In this document: positions 11,952 through 23,138 of the stretch, in pieces | How the letters are laid out: every line of letters starts with the position of its first letter | Position numbering within the stretch: the stretch's first letter is position 1 | Assembly: GCA_016618085.1 (NCBI GenBank) | Contig: JABLTG010000010.1 | Span: forward strand, 124,001 to 188,000 | DNA length: 64,000 nucleotides | Direction of reading: 5' to 3' | From: Neovahlkampfia damariscottae | Taxonomy: Eukaryota | Program-made: the position numbers and the translations under genes | Notes under the pieces: generated by a model | Databases searched by the model: none | What the model saw: only the letters and a program-made list of their open reading frames with translations | Told to the model about the DNA's origin: nothing

Positions 11952-13881
11952 TTAATGAACATAAGTATAAATTGCCAACATTGTCAATAAATGCAACAAT
12001 ACAAAATAAACAAAAACAAAAATTCTAACATAACGATTTGATAACATCATCTTACTCAAATTTAACATGATTTTTTCAGCAGTTGATAATTCCTTATATC
12101 TTTCTTCCTTTTCATTTTTATTGAATTGTTTAAAAGGATTTAAATTATCTTTTAAAGAATCATCATACAATTTCTTATACTTTGAATCATCATCATCATT
12201 CATGTCAATCACAATTTCCTATTTTAACATCAAAAAAAAATGAACAAATGATTACCTTTGGATTGTTTCTATAATTTTGAAGATAACGAACTTTTTCATA
12301 CATTTTGATATTATCTTGTTTCAATCTATCTTTTTCTTTTTCATTTTCAGTTAATATTTTATTTAGATTTAAATTTTCATCTTCTAATTCTTCAACTTTC
12401 CTCTTGAATCTATTTCTTTGTTCTGAAACAATATCCAATGTTTTTTCTTCTGAATTCTCATGTGTTTGAGAACCTAAATCATTTTCCAATTTTTCAATTA
12501 ATTCTCTTTGTTCTTCAAGTTGTTTTGTTAAATTTGAAATTTGAATTTTTGAATTCTTTAAATCTAGAGTTTGATTTGAAAGACTCATTTTTAAATCAGT
12601 TATTTCCTTCTCTTTATGATGATTTTTTTCAGATAAAATCTGTTCAATTGTTTTTGTTGAAGCATTTGCTATATTTTTAAATTCAATATCTTCAATCATT
12701 TCTAATCTCTTTTTCAATTTTTCATGTTCAATTAAACTAGGTCTTAAGTTCAATTGTTGTTGAATTATTTCAAATTCTTCATGTAATTTTGAATTTTCAT
12801 TTTCATTTTCTTTAATTTCATTCTCTTTAATGATTAATTCATTTTTCAACATTTGAATTTGTTCTTTCAATTGTGTAACTAAAATCTTATTTTGTTCAAT
12901 TTCAAGTTTCAAATCATCATTGCACTCATTTTGAAAAGAACCTTCTTCTTCATGTTTTGAATTAGAATTAGACTCATTAGTCAAAAGAATCACTTTTGAT
13001 TGTAATTTTCTAATCTCATCATTCAACATTTCAAGTTGTGTTTGATGTGATGAATTTAAATTATCAACTGAGTTTTGTAATTTGAAAGTTTCATTTTGAG
13101 ATTGATTATATCTCTTTTGTAAGTCTTTTACTTGTTCTTTTAAATTCTCAACTAATTCATTCAAATTTTGTTCATTTTCTTTATAATCTTTGATTATTTT
13201 TGAATTTTCTAAACTCCATTCATGTTGTTTTGATTCTACTTGTTGTTTTATTGTTTCATCTATCTTTTTTTTTTTTTTTTTTATTTTTTGTTTTGTTCTT
13301 ACATTGGTTTGGTATTCTTTAACTTTTTCTTCCAAGTTTCTAATGATCACTTCTTGATTTGTTAATTCTTTAAATTCTGTTTCATATTCTTTTATTTTTT
13401 CTTCTAGTTCTGAACACTTCTGGATTAAATCTTTGTTATTTGAAACTTTTTTTTCTTCTTTGAGTATTTTTGTCATAATTAAAGAAGGATCAGGTGCATC
13501 ATGAAGTAATTCGAAAATTTCTTGAAATGACTTTTCTGATGTACTTGAAAATAAAATATTAAAATAATTTGTTTGTTACGTGCTTCTTCGAGTTAAGTTG
13601 TCGATTTCAGTTTGATAAGATTTTAATAGTTTTGTTATACTTGATATCTTTTCTTCATCTGATAATTTTTTGAAGTCTTTTGTTTCTTTTCCAAGATGTT
13701 TTCTTGATTCTTTTGATTTTTCTTGATTTTCTTTAATTTGTAAATCATTGGCATCAAAAGTTGGTTTTTTTGTGTTCAGATCAATTTCTAGAAAACTTTG
13801 AATTATTATTGTTTTTTTACTTTTCCATATTTCCAAAACACGGTTCAGTTCAGCCCACTCTGCTGAGTTTGAATCTGTCAT
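11952..13881 (-). CDS. CASP: CASP/COY1-like Golgi coiled-coil membrane protein
   Basis: N-terminal SRKHL...KSYQTEIDNLTRR and APDP; C-terminal QRNRF, DNIKMYEKVRYLQNY, NPFKQF and a TM with YFVLLH. Confidence 0.85.
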
Positions 13882-13932
13882 CTTATTGGATGAAAAATAA
13901 TAAACAAACATTTAAATAAAAAAAATTAAAAT

Positions 13933-16763
13933 TTATTGAGTTTCTTGTTCTTTTTGTCTTTTCTTTTCTTCTTCTAATTGTTTTTTTCTTTCTTCAGCTT
14001 CTTTTTTTAATCTTGCTTCTTCTTCAAGTTGTTCTTTTGTTGGATAAATCAAACCTTTAAATTGTGTTTTTGTATCATGTTTGTTATTCACAAAAAATAA
14101 AAGATAAGCTGAATTATTGATAACTTGATCTTTCTTGATCTTGTAAGTACTTGAATCATCAAATTTATGCCAATCTTCACCAACTTTTGCTACAGCTGTA
14201 TAATGACCACCTCCTAATGATCCATAATGATCTGTAATACCAAATAAATCATAATTATATTCTCCTTTAGATAAAACAAATTTGTTTAAATCTAAATCAT
14301 CAACTGGAAAATTAACCATTGTGTCTAATTTATCTCTTGAATATTTGTTGAATGAGAATCTTTTTAAATGGACAATTAAAACATCTGGAAGTTTCCAAAG
14401 TTCTAATTTTTTTTCTGCTTGAACAAAGTTTTTGCATTTTCCACAATACCATGGATCATCTTCTCCTAATGTTTCAATTGATGTATATAATTCAATACAG
14501 TCTTCAATAGTGATTTCTTTTGATGATAATTTAACTGTTGTTAAAGTTTCATCTTCAATCACTGTTTTGAATTTATCCATATCAACAACTGAAGAAAGTA
14601 CTTCTGGATCAATGTGCATTAATAACTTCTTATCTGAAGTAGATGAATAATTTGATTTTGAAATTTTGAAAATATCATCTGAGTATAAAATTGGTTCACC
14701 ATCATCATTATATGAAGAACTATCTTGTTTAAGTGTAAAAAGATATGATTTGTTTGTTTTTTCTTCTGCAGATTCTTCAGTTTCTTCTGTTTTTTGTGGA
14801 AATAAAGTTTCTGGTTTTGTGATATCAAAAACACTTGAAATATCATCTTTTAAGTATCTTTTGACGAATTCAAGTCCGGCATTGTATAAATCTTTTGCTG
14901 TAGTTGATTTTGAATCAAAAGGAAGAGCAAAAGGTGTGCCGAGTGCAGATAATTTATCTTGATAATTTCTTTCACTTTTTTCAGATGTGCAGAATTTAAC
15001 AGAAATATAACCTTGGTCATTTGATGAATGAGCATCTTCTGGTAAGTTAGGTAATTCATAAGCACAAATATGATCTGAATCAGAAATATTTGAAATTGAA
15101 TGTGTATCTGAAAAGAATTTATAAACTCTATGGTGAAAAACATCAGCAATGACAACATCATTTGGTTGAATTTTTGTAACTTTTGAAATTTCTTTTCTTA
15201 ATTCAATCATACCTCCTGTTTTTGGTACTTTAAAAGCATATTTTGTTGTAGATGTTGTATTATCATGTTTAAAGACTGTTACTTGAATAATTCTGTTGTT
15301 TTCAACTGGAAGTGGTAAACTTAAATACATAAATGGTTGAAAGACAATAGCTACGTTATCACATTTTGGACAAACAAGTGTACTTTTAATTTGACCTTGA
15401 AATTTATCAACAATAATAGAATCATTTCTTTTTAAATGAAGATCCCAAGCTTCTTTAGCAACAATAGATTCTTCTCTATCTTCAACTTCTGGATTTACTG
15501 TTGTTGGTTTTTTAACAATTCTATTTAAGTCTTCATGAATACCATCAATTAAATATGAAAGAAATTCTTGAGAATCTTGTTGTGAATAACCTGAAAATGA
15601 AGGTTGAAATTGTCCAATGGTATTTTTGAAATCTCTTGGAGCTATAACTGAATGTTTTCCAGACCACATTTCTTTCATCAATTCTCCAAAAACTTCGGAT
15701 ACTTTACCACCCTTTAAAACAGATTTTTTAAATTTTGTTTTATTTTTTACCATGCCAAGTGGATTATCAACGTTGATTTCTTTTTGCCATTCTTTTGTCA
15801 AAAAGTAATCTTGAACTTGTGGAATTTTTGTTAAGCATTGAAGAGCTGAATTCATGAAACATGTATTTCCTAAGTTTGAAAGACCCACAACTCCTAATAA
15901 AATACAAATTAAAAAAACTGTTTTTTTTTTACCAGGTGCTCCTCCTCTACCATCACCAATTTCATAACTTGTTGATTCTCTTGATGTTAAAGAAGTACCA
16001 CTTGAATATGAACTTTTAAATTCAGATTGAGCATGTTTAAATGAAATAGGCCATTTTCCATCAACTTTTACTTCTAAAATGATTTGTTGTCCAACTGGTC
16101 TTGTAATTAAATTTTGTAATTCTTGAATTTCTTCTCCAGGTGAATATAATCTATATGGACTTCCACAATGAGCTGCCCATAATCTAGCTTCTTCATCAGA
16201 AACTCCAAATTTTTTTTTTGCAACTTCAAGAAGTTGTACAATAGTTAACTTTCTGCTACAAAACACTTCTGCAAATTTGAGAGGTTCTGTATCTTTTTTG
16301 AAAATTGCTAATTTGATACAGTGAGGGTATAACTCAATAACTTCAGTAGTTCCATCTGAAATGACGTTTCTTTTAAGTTCAAGTCCACCATAGCTATTTT
16401 TTTAAAAATTTAAAATAAAGAACTACGACCTTACATTGAATGTAACAATTTTCCGCTTTTTTCATTGACAACAATAAAGTGTGATCCTTCTTGAACTCCT
16501 CTGGATAATCTGTATGGTTCTGTAGCATTTTGACTATGAAGAAGTGGTTGATTTTCAATTTCACCAGGATGATTTCCTACTTCTTCATTTTGAGCTTCGT
16601 CAAAGTTTACGAACTTTTTCCAAATTTCGAACCATTTTTGTGAGATGACATACCAAGTTTCTCCTTCTTTTGGTTTTGCTGTCATTTCAGTTTTGATAAT
16701 TTCTCTTTGAACATCTTTTGAAGGTATTTCCGTTACAGTTGTAACTTCACCGTTTTCGCTCAT
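13933..16763 (-). CDS. Ubiquitin-specific protease, USP4/11/15-like (DUSP-UBL-USP)
   Basis: DUSP (WYVISQKWFEIWKKFV, PGEIEN); Cys box GLSNLGNTCFMNSALQC; QQDSQEF; His box HYGSLGGGHYTA; FDDS. Confidence 0.92.
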
Positions 16764-16839
16764 TTGTAGTTCTAAAAATAATAATCCAATCAGAATGATC
16801 AACCAACAAAAACCATTTGAATTCCAAAACTCAAAAACA

Positions 16840-17520
16840 ATGGAAAAAGTTGATCCTTTAGTTGTACTTTATACCTCAAAAATAATTCTTTTACCATTTG
16901 AAAATTATAAAACAAAAAAAGAAATTGAACAAGAGGAAGAAAATCAAATAGAAAAAGAGACAACTGTTTCTTCATTGTTCTCTGGTCTTCCTTTTGGGAT
17001 AACATCAACCACATTAGAATTCATTTGTAAATACATTTTAGAAAATAAAATCAAACAGAAAATTGAATCAAAACCATTACAACAAGTAGCAATTTCATTA
17101 ATTTCAACTTTAATTTCTTACCCTTTTGATGTTTTAAGAAAACGTGAAGTAAAAGTTGAAAATTTCGAAGATCCAACACATATAAAACCATTAAAGAAAA
17201 AATATTTCAAAGGTCTCTCTATGAAATTAATTTTTAATTCACTATCCTTGGGTATAGCAGAATACACAATTTCACAACAAAATTTAAAATTTTTAGAAAA
17301 TGAAAAATTAAATAGAGGTCTTATTTTAGGTTTAAGTAGATTATTACTTTATCCTTTAGAAATGATTTCTTCAAGAGCCGCAACAAGCTTTGAACCATCC
17401 ATAACAACAACTTCAACATCTGCTGTAAAGAAGGAGGGATTTCTTGGTTTATATAAAACATCATGGACATCAGTTATCGAAACTGCTTATAATACACTCT
17501 TTGAATACGCTTTGAATTGA
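16840..17520 (+). CDS. Divergent mitochondrial carrier (SLC25)-like protein
   Basis: Three Px[DE]xx[KR]-like motifs (PFENYK, PFDVLRK, PLEMISSR) and EGFLGLYK; intronless and short. Confidence 0.65.
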   Translation: MEKVDPLVVLYTSKIILLPFENYKTKKEIEQEEENQIEKETTVSSLFSGLPFGITSTTLEFICKYILENKIKQKIESKPLQQVAISLISTLISYPFDVLRKREVKVENFEDPTHIKPLKKKYFKGLSMKLIFNSLSLGIAEYTISQQNLKFLENEKLNRGLILGLSRLLLYPLEMISSRAATSFEPSITTTSTSAVKKEGFLGLYKTSWTSVIETAYNTLFEYALN

Positions 17521-17578
17521 AAAAAAATTAATGTATAAAAACGGTCATTTTTTTTAACCAATCATCCCTTATTTTCTC

Positions 17579-20120
17579 ATGTCATCAAAAATAAAATCCA
17601 CTTCTGTTGTTCTGTTAGGAACAGAAAAAAGTGGAAAAACAACTTTTTATAAACAAGCAAGAGCTAATTTTTCAGATTATAAATTTTATCATAACGAAGG
17701 AACATCGTAAGATTAACATATAAAAAAATTAAAAAAAAAAGAAAAAACGTGATAAATTCTATTCGAGAAGAGATTTTAATGACAACTCTAATTTTAATAA
17801 AAGAAGCTCAAATTAAAGAATATTCAACTTTAAAAGAAACAAAAGTAAAAAAAAAAAAATTAAATTAAAAAACTTAGTCTGTTTTTGATCGTTTAGAAGG
17901 AATAACAAGAGAACAAATATATAAACATACATATTTTGAAGGATATCCAAATGGTGAAAAAGCGTTAGCCAAAGATATTAAACAAGTTTGGAATGAAAAA
18001 GAGGTTCAACAAGTTTTTAAGTATAATCAAGATAAATTATTCGTTGACACAATACCATAGTAAACTAAAAAAGTTTTTTTTAACAAAAAAAAAATGACAG
18101 TTTTATGACACATGTGACAAGAATTATGAGAGTTGATTTCACACCAACTGACGAAGATTATATAAAATCATATCAATTAACAGCTGGAGTAGCAAGCTCA
18201 GATATAAATTTAAATGGAATTAAAATCAAATTATTTGATTTAGGTGGTCAAAGAAGTTCAAGAAAAAAATGGGTAAAAAAATTATTTTTTTAACATGTTT
18301 TTTCATCAGGATTTAACATTAAAAAAAGAACATCCATCAGTTGTATATATCATATCATTAGGTGATTATAACTTGATATCACCAGACACAAAAAAAAACC
18401 GATTGAAAGAGAGTTTAGAAATTTTAAAAAATTTAAAAATACCAAAAGAAGATCAAACAGAATCACCAATGACATCTCCTAGACTCTTCAAAAAATTACA
18501 TATTATATTGAACAAAACAGATATATTCAAAAAAAAAATAGAAGAAAAAATCAATTTAGATTTATGCTTTGAAGATTATAAGGGTAAAAAAAAAAAAAAA
18601 AAAAAATTAAACATAACATAGATGGACTTGATTATCATAAATCATTAGATTTCATAAAGAAAAAAATAGAGGAGATATTAAAAGAATATCATTCAAATTA
18701 TCAAATCATGTTGACCAATTGTATTGATGATAAAGAAATGGAAAAATTTTTTGATCAATTTACAAGGAGTTTACAAGGAAAACCATTAGTTGATGAAAAA
18801 AGAGGATCTAATAATAAATCACCAATGAATGCTATTTTCAAATTATTCAAAAGTAATTCCAATTCAGATAATAAGAAATCAGGTCTTTTCTCACCACTAA
18901 TACCTGCATCTGAATCAGAAGCACAAGTTAATTACTCACCGAGAGTGAAGTATTCAATGAAAGATGCATCTACAGAAAGTTCAAATCAAATTGGAAAAGA
19001 ATGGAAAGTTAAGAAGAAATTAGGACAAGGTGGTTTTGGTAAAATTTATTTAGTTGAACATACACCTACAAAAAAGATATATGTAATGAAAAGAGTTAAA
19101 TTAGATGATATGAATGATTTAAATATGGCTCTAGTTGAAGTTAAAAATTTATATGAACTTAAAAAGCATAAAAATATCAATCCAATAGTTGATTTTTTTG
19201 TTCAAAATGCAGAATCAAATTCAGATCAAATGAGTTATCTATTAGCTATTGTAACTCAATTTTGTGATGGTGGTGACTTGTCTACACTAATAAAACAACA
19301 AAAAAAATGTCAAGAGTTGTTTACAGAGAAGGATATTTTTTTTTGGATAAATCAAATGGTTGAAGCTCTTTCTGTGATACATACACATAAACATCAACTT
19401 CAAGATAAGCAAGAAGGTTATATTCACAGAGATCTTAAACCTGAAAATGTATTTCTTTCAAATGACAAACAATCAATTCAAATTGGAGATTTGTAAGTTA
19501 AAAAATACCATTTACATTTGAATTTAGTGGATTGACAGTTCTAGAAAATCAAAATAAAGCAATCGTTGGTACTCCAAATTATATGTCACCAGAACAATAT
19601 GAAGGAAAGGAATATGACAAGAAAACAGACATTTGGGCATTAGGTTGTATTGTAAAATATCTATTTTTCATTTCTAAATCTTTTTTAGATTTTAGATTTA
19701 TTGACTTTAGAATCACAAGATTATCGTTCAATTTTATTAAAACAGGATGAGTATTTGAATGAGAAATTTAAAGAATTATCAAAATTTTATTCACATGAAT
19801 TGTTAGATATTGTTAGACAATGTCTTGAACTTGATCCGACTCAACGTCCTGATACTGAAAAGTTACAAATTCTGTTGAAAAATATTGATGTCAATTATGT
19901 TTCCAGTTATGGAATTCAAGTAAATTCATGGAAAACTGAAGATGTTTTGAAATGGATTGAAGAAATTGGATATAAAGAGTATTCAGAATTATTTAAGAAA
20001 AATGATATTGATGGAATAGAATTATTGAAATTGAGTGAAAATGATTTGAAGGAAATGGGAATTGATTCAATTGGACACCGAAGAAAAATTTTTGAAAAAA
20101 TTTCCGGATTCACACTATAA
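17579..20120 (+). CDS. G-alpha domain + Ser/Thr kinase (NEK-like) + SAM fusion protein
   Basis: GTEKSGKT, DLGGQRSSRKKW, NKTD, TNCID; then GQGGFG, HRDLKPEN, DFG (split by intron 19493-19527), GTPNYMSPE; then SAM (WKTEDVLKWI...IDGIELL...IGHRRKI). Seven short introns. Confidence 0.85.
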
Positions 20121-20186
20121 CAATAAACATTCAAATTATCAATTTTTCTGACTTTTTATTGGTTCTTTTTGACAACGACTCTTTGA

Positions 20187-21057
20187 ATGTACAAGTTGAA
20201 CATCAGAATAATAGAAGCAAAAGATCTTCCGAAAATGGATTTTTTTGGTAAGAGTGATCCTTATGTCAATGTAAAAGTCGCTGGACAAATGAAAAAAACA
20301 AAAATAATAAAAAGAGTAAACAAATTAGTTTATAAAACCTAATTCTCAGACTTTAAACCCACATTGGGATGAATCTTTTGATTTTGAATTCAATAATCTC
20401 CACGAGGATATCATATTATACATCAAAGGTTTTCAAAACAAAATAGAATGTTAATTTTTATTTAGATTGGGATAAACTAAGTTCTGATGATTTAATAGGA
20501 AAAATTTCAATACCAATATTAGATTTAAAGAATGGTGTGAATAAATACTGGTTCAATATTTCGGATAAATTCAAACACAAAAAACCTTCAATTCATGTTG
20601 GGATTTATTTATTTCCACACTTGAGATTGACTATTTTAAATGGAAAAAATTTACCATCAATGGATTTGAGTAATTAAAATGATATGTTAAATAAATTTAG
20701 ATGGATTGTGTGACCCATATGTGGAAATTGATTTTCAAGATAAAACTACTAAAACATCTGTTAAAAGATTCACTCTTGATCCAAGTTGGAATGAAAAATT
20801 TGATTTTAGAGTTGAAGACGTTGTAATTCATATTTTTTTCATCTTATTTTAAAAAGAATAGTAAAATTGTCTTTCATGTTTGGGATGATGACATTGTGAC
20901 AAGAGAGCTGATTGGATCAGTAGAATTACCATTACAAAAGATTAAAAAGGGATTTAACAAGCATGTTAGTTTTGATGTACCTATTAAAGCAACAATATTT
21001 ATGGATATTGAAGCAATTGGATTCGGAATTGAATCTGAAAATGAAGAGAAAAAATAA
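20187..21057 (+). CDS. Tandem C2-domain protein (not in ORF track)
   Basis: IIEAKDLPKMDFFGKSDPYV, LNPHWDESF, DWDKLSSDDLIG; second repeat NLPSMD, CDPYV, PSWNEKF, VWDDD. Several short introns. Confidence 0.85.
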
Positions 21058-21077
21058 TTCAATTTTCAATATCAAAT

Positions 21078-23071
21078 TTATTCTTTTTTTGCATCAAATT
21101 TCCAAATTTTGATTGTTTTATCATGTGAACAACTTGCTAACATTGATTTTTTCGAGTTCCAAATTGCTTTATAAACAATATCTTTATGTCCAGATAATTT
21201 CTTCAAAATTTTACCTGAATTAACATCCCAAGCATATATGAAATGATCTTCACTTCCACCAAAAATAATTTGTTCATTGGATCCAAAAGATGCTTTTACA
21301 TGATTTTTATAAGTATTTTGATGTCCCTTAAACTTTTGAATTGGTTTCATTAATTTCAAATCCCATAATCTATTGGAGTTATCTTTTGAACAAGACAATA
21401 AATTTGATCCTGATTTATTCAACTCAAGTGATGTAATTTCACCTAAATGTTGTGAAAACGTTTTCAAACAAATAGATGATCTTATATCCCAAAATTTAAT
21501 AGTTGCATCTTTGGAACCTGAAATGATCAAATTTCCATATGAATTGAATAACACAGATGCAATAGATGAATCATGTCCTTTGAAATTTTGAACCAATGAA
21601 CCTGTTTCTATATCGTACAAATTAATAATTGAATCATATCCAGAACCAATTAAATGTTTTTCATCTGGATGTATTTTGACTGAATAAAAATCATATTTTT
21701 CTTCATTTTTAATCGTCTGTATGTTTTTTATTCTTTTTTCTTTTTTTTCTTCAAATAAATTTGTATTGATGTTCCAAATTTTTATAGTGGAATCACCGGA
21801 GGCAGATGCCAAAAGTTTAGATTTTTTGGAGCAATTTAAGTCCCAAATTCTTGATTCATGTCCATATAATGTATTGATTTTTTCACCATTTTCAAGATTA
21901 AAAATATTTATAATATTATCACTTCCACCTTTTTTGATGAAAAATGTTAACAAAAAAAAAACTTTACCAGAAGCCAAGAAATCAGAATTTTGACCTAAAA
22001 ATTCAATTGATTTAATATTTGAAAAAGAATGAAATGTTCTTGTTAACATATTTGGAATGATATAAGATTCAAAATCATGTAATAAACTTTCAATTTTCAA
22101 TTTCTCATCAATCAAAAGATTATCTTTGTTATTTGAAATTTGATACAATAAACTTTGTTCAATTAATGTAATCAATCGTTTTGGTGGTAAATTCTTCAAT
22201 GAAGATGAATAATCACCTCCTAAATCATGTGTTTCGAAATCAATATAATAATTCAAAGTTTCTAATAATTTTTCTCTTGAATGACCATTTGCACCATCCT
22301 AAAAGTTGTTTTAATCAAAATTTATTTACTTTTTAAATGTTAAATTTTTCAATTTTTTCTTACCCCATTCTTTAAAGAGTGAAATTTCTTGGACTGAATT
22401 ACAAGTTAAAGCATATGATAATTCTTTAAATTCGTTTGGTAAAGTTGCATATTCTTCTAATGGTTTCAATTTTTTCATTAAAAAAGTGAATGCTTTTTGA
22501 TGTTTTCCTTCTTCAATTAATTCTAAATATTGTTGTTTATATATACAGTAAAGTATGAATTTATGTTTTTTTAAATTAATGCTTATTAATAATTGTTCTG
22601 TTTTTATCCAATTTCCTTCTAGTATTTCTTTTTTTATTTCTTTTATTAACTCTTTTTTATTGATGTTTTCTTTTTCTTTTTGTTCTGATTCTGATTGTAA
22701 AGTTAAAGCAGTTGTTAAGTATCCTTCGTCTTGTAGATATTGAATCATCATTAAAATCATATCCTTTATTCATTTTTCAGTATGTTTTTTTTTTCTTACA
22801 TTTTTTAAGTTTGATGTGATTTCAGGTTTTTCAATTTCTAAAATTTTTTCTTTCAGTCTTGGAACTTCTATTGAAATTATATCGGAATTTCCATGATGTT
22901 TTAGAGTTGGTGATTGTAAATTTTTCATTGACCTTTTTTAAAATTAAAAAAATTCAAGTTTGAAATTTACTCCATTTTTCTTTTCATATTGATAGACGGA
23001 GAAGTCCTTGGTGATATAGAAGGAGTGGTTGAAGGTGTATGAGAGGTTTTTTTGTTACCTGGACTACTCAT
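21078..23071 (-). CDS. LisH/CTLH + WD40-repeat protein
   Basis: LisH MIQYLQDEGYLTTALTLQSE; CTLH ILEGNW...YKQQYLELIE; LPPKRLITLIEQSL; about seven WD40 repeats. Confidence 0.85.
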
Positions 23072-23138
23072 CCCGAAAAAAACAAAAATAATTAACCAAT
23101 AAAATTCAACCCCACTTCAAAAAAAAATTTATTTTCTC

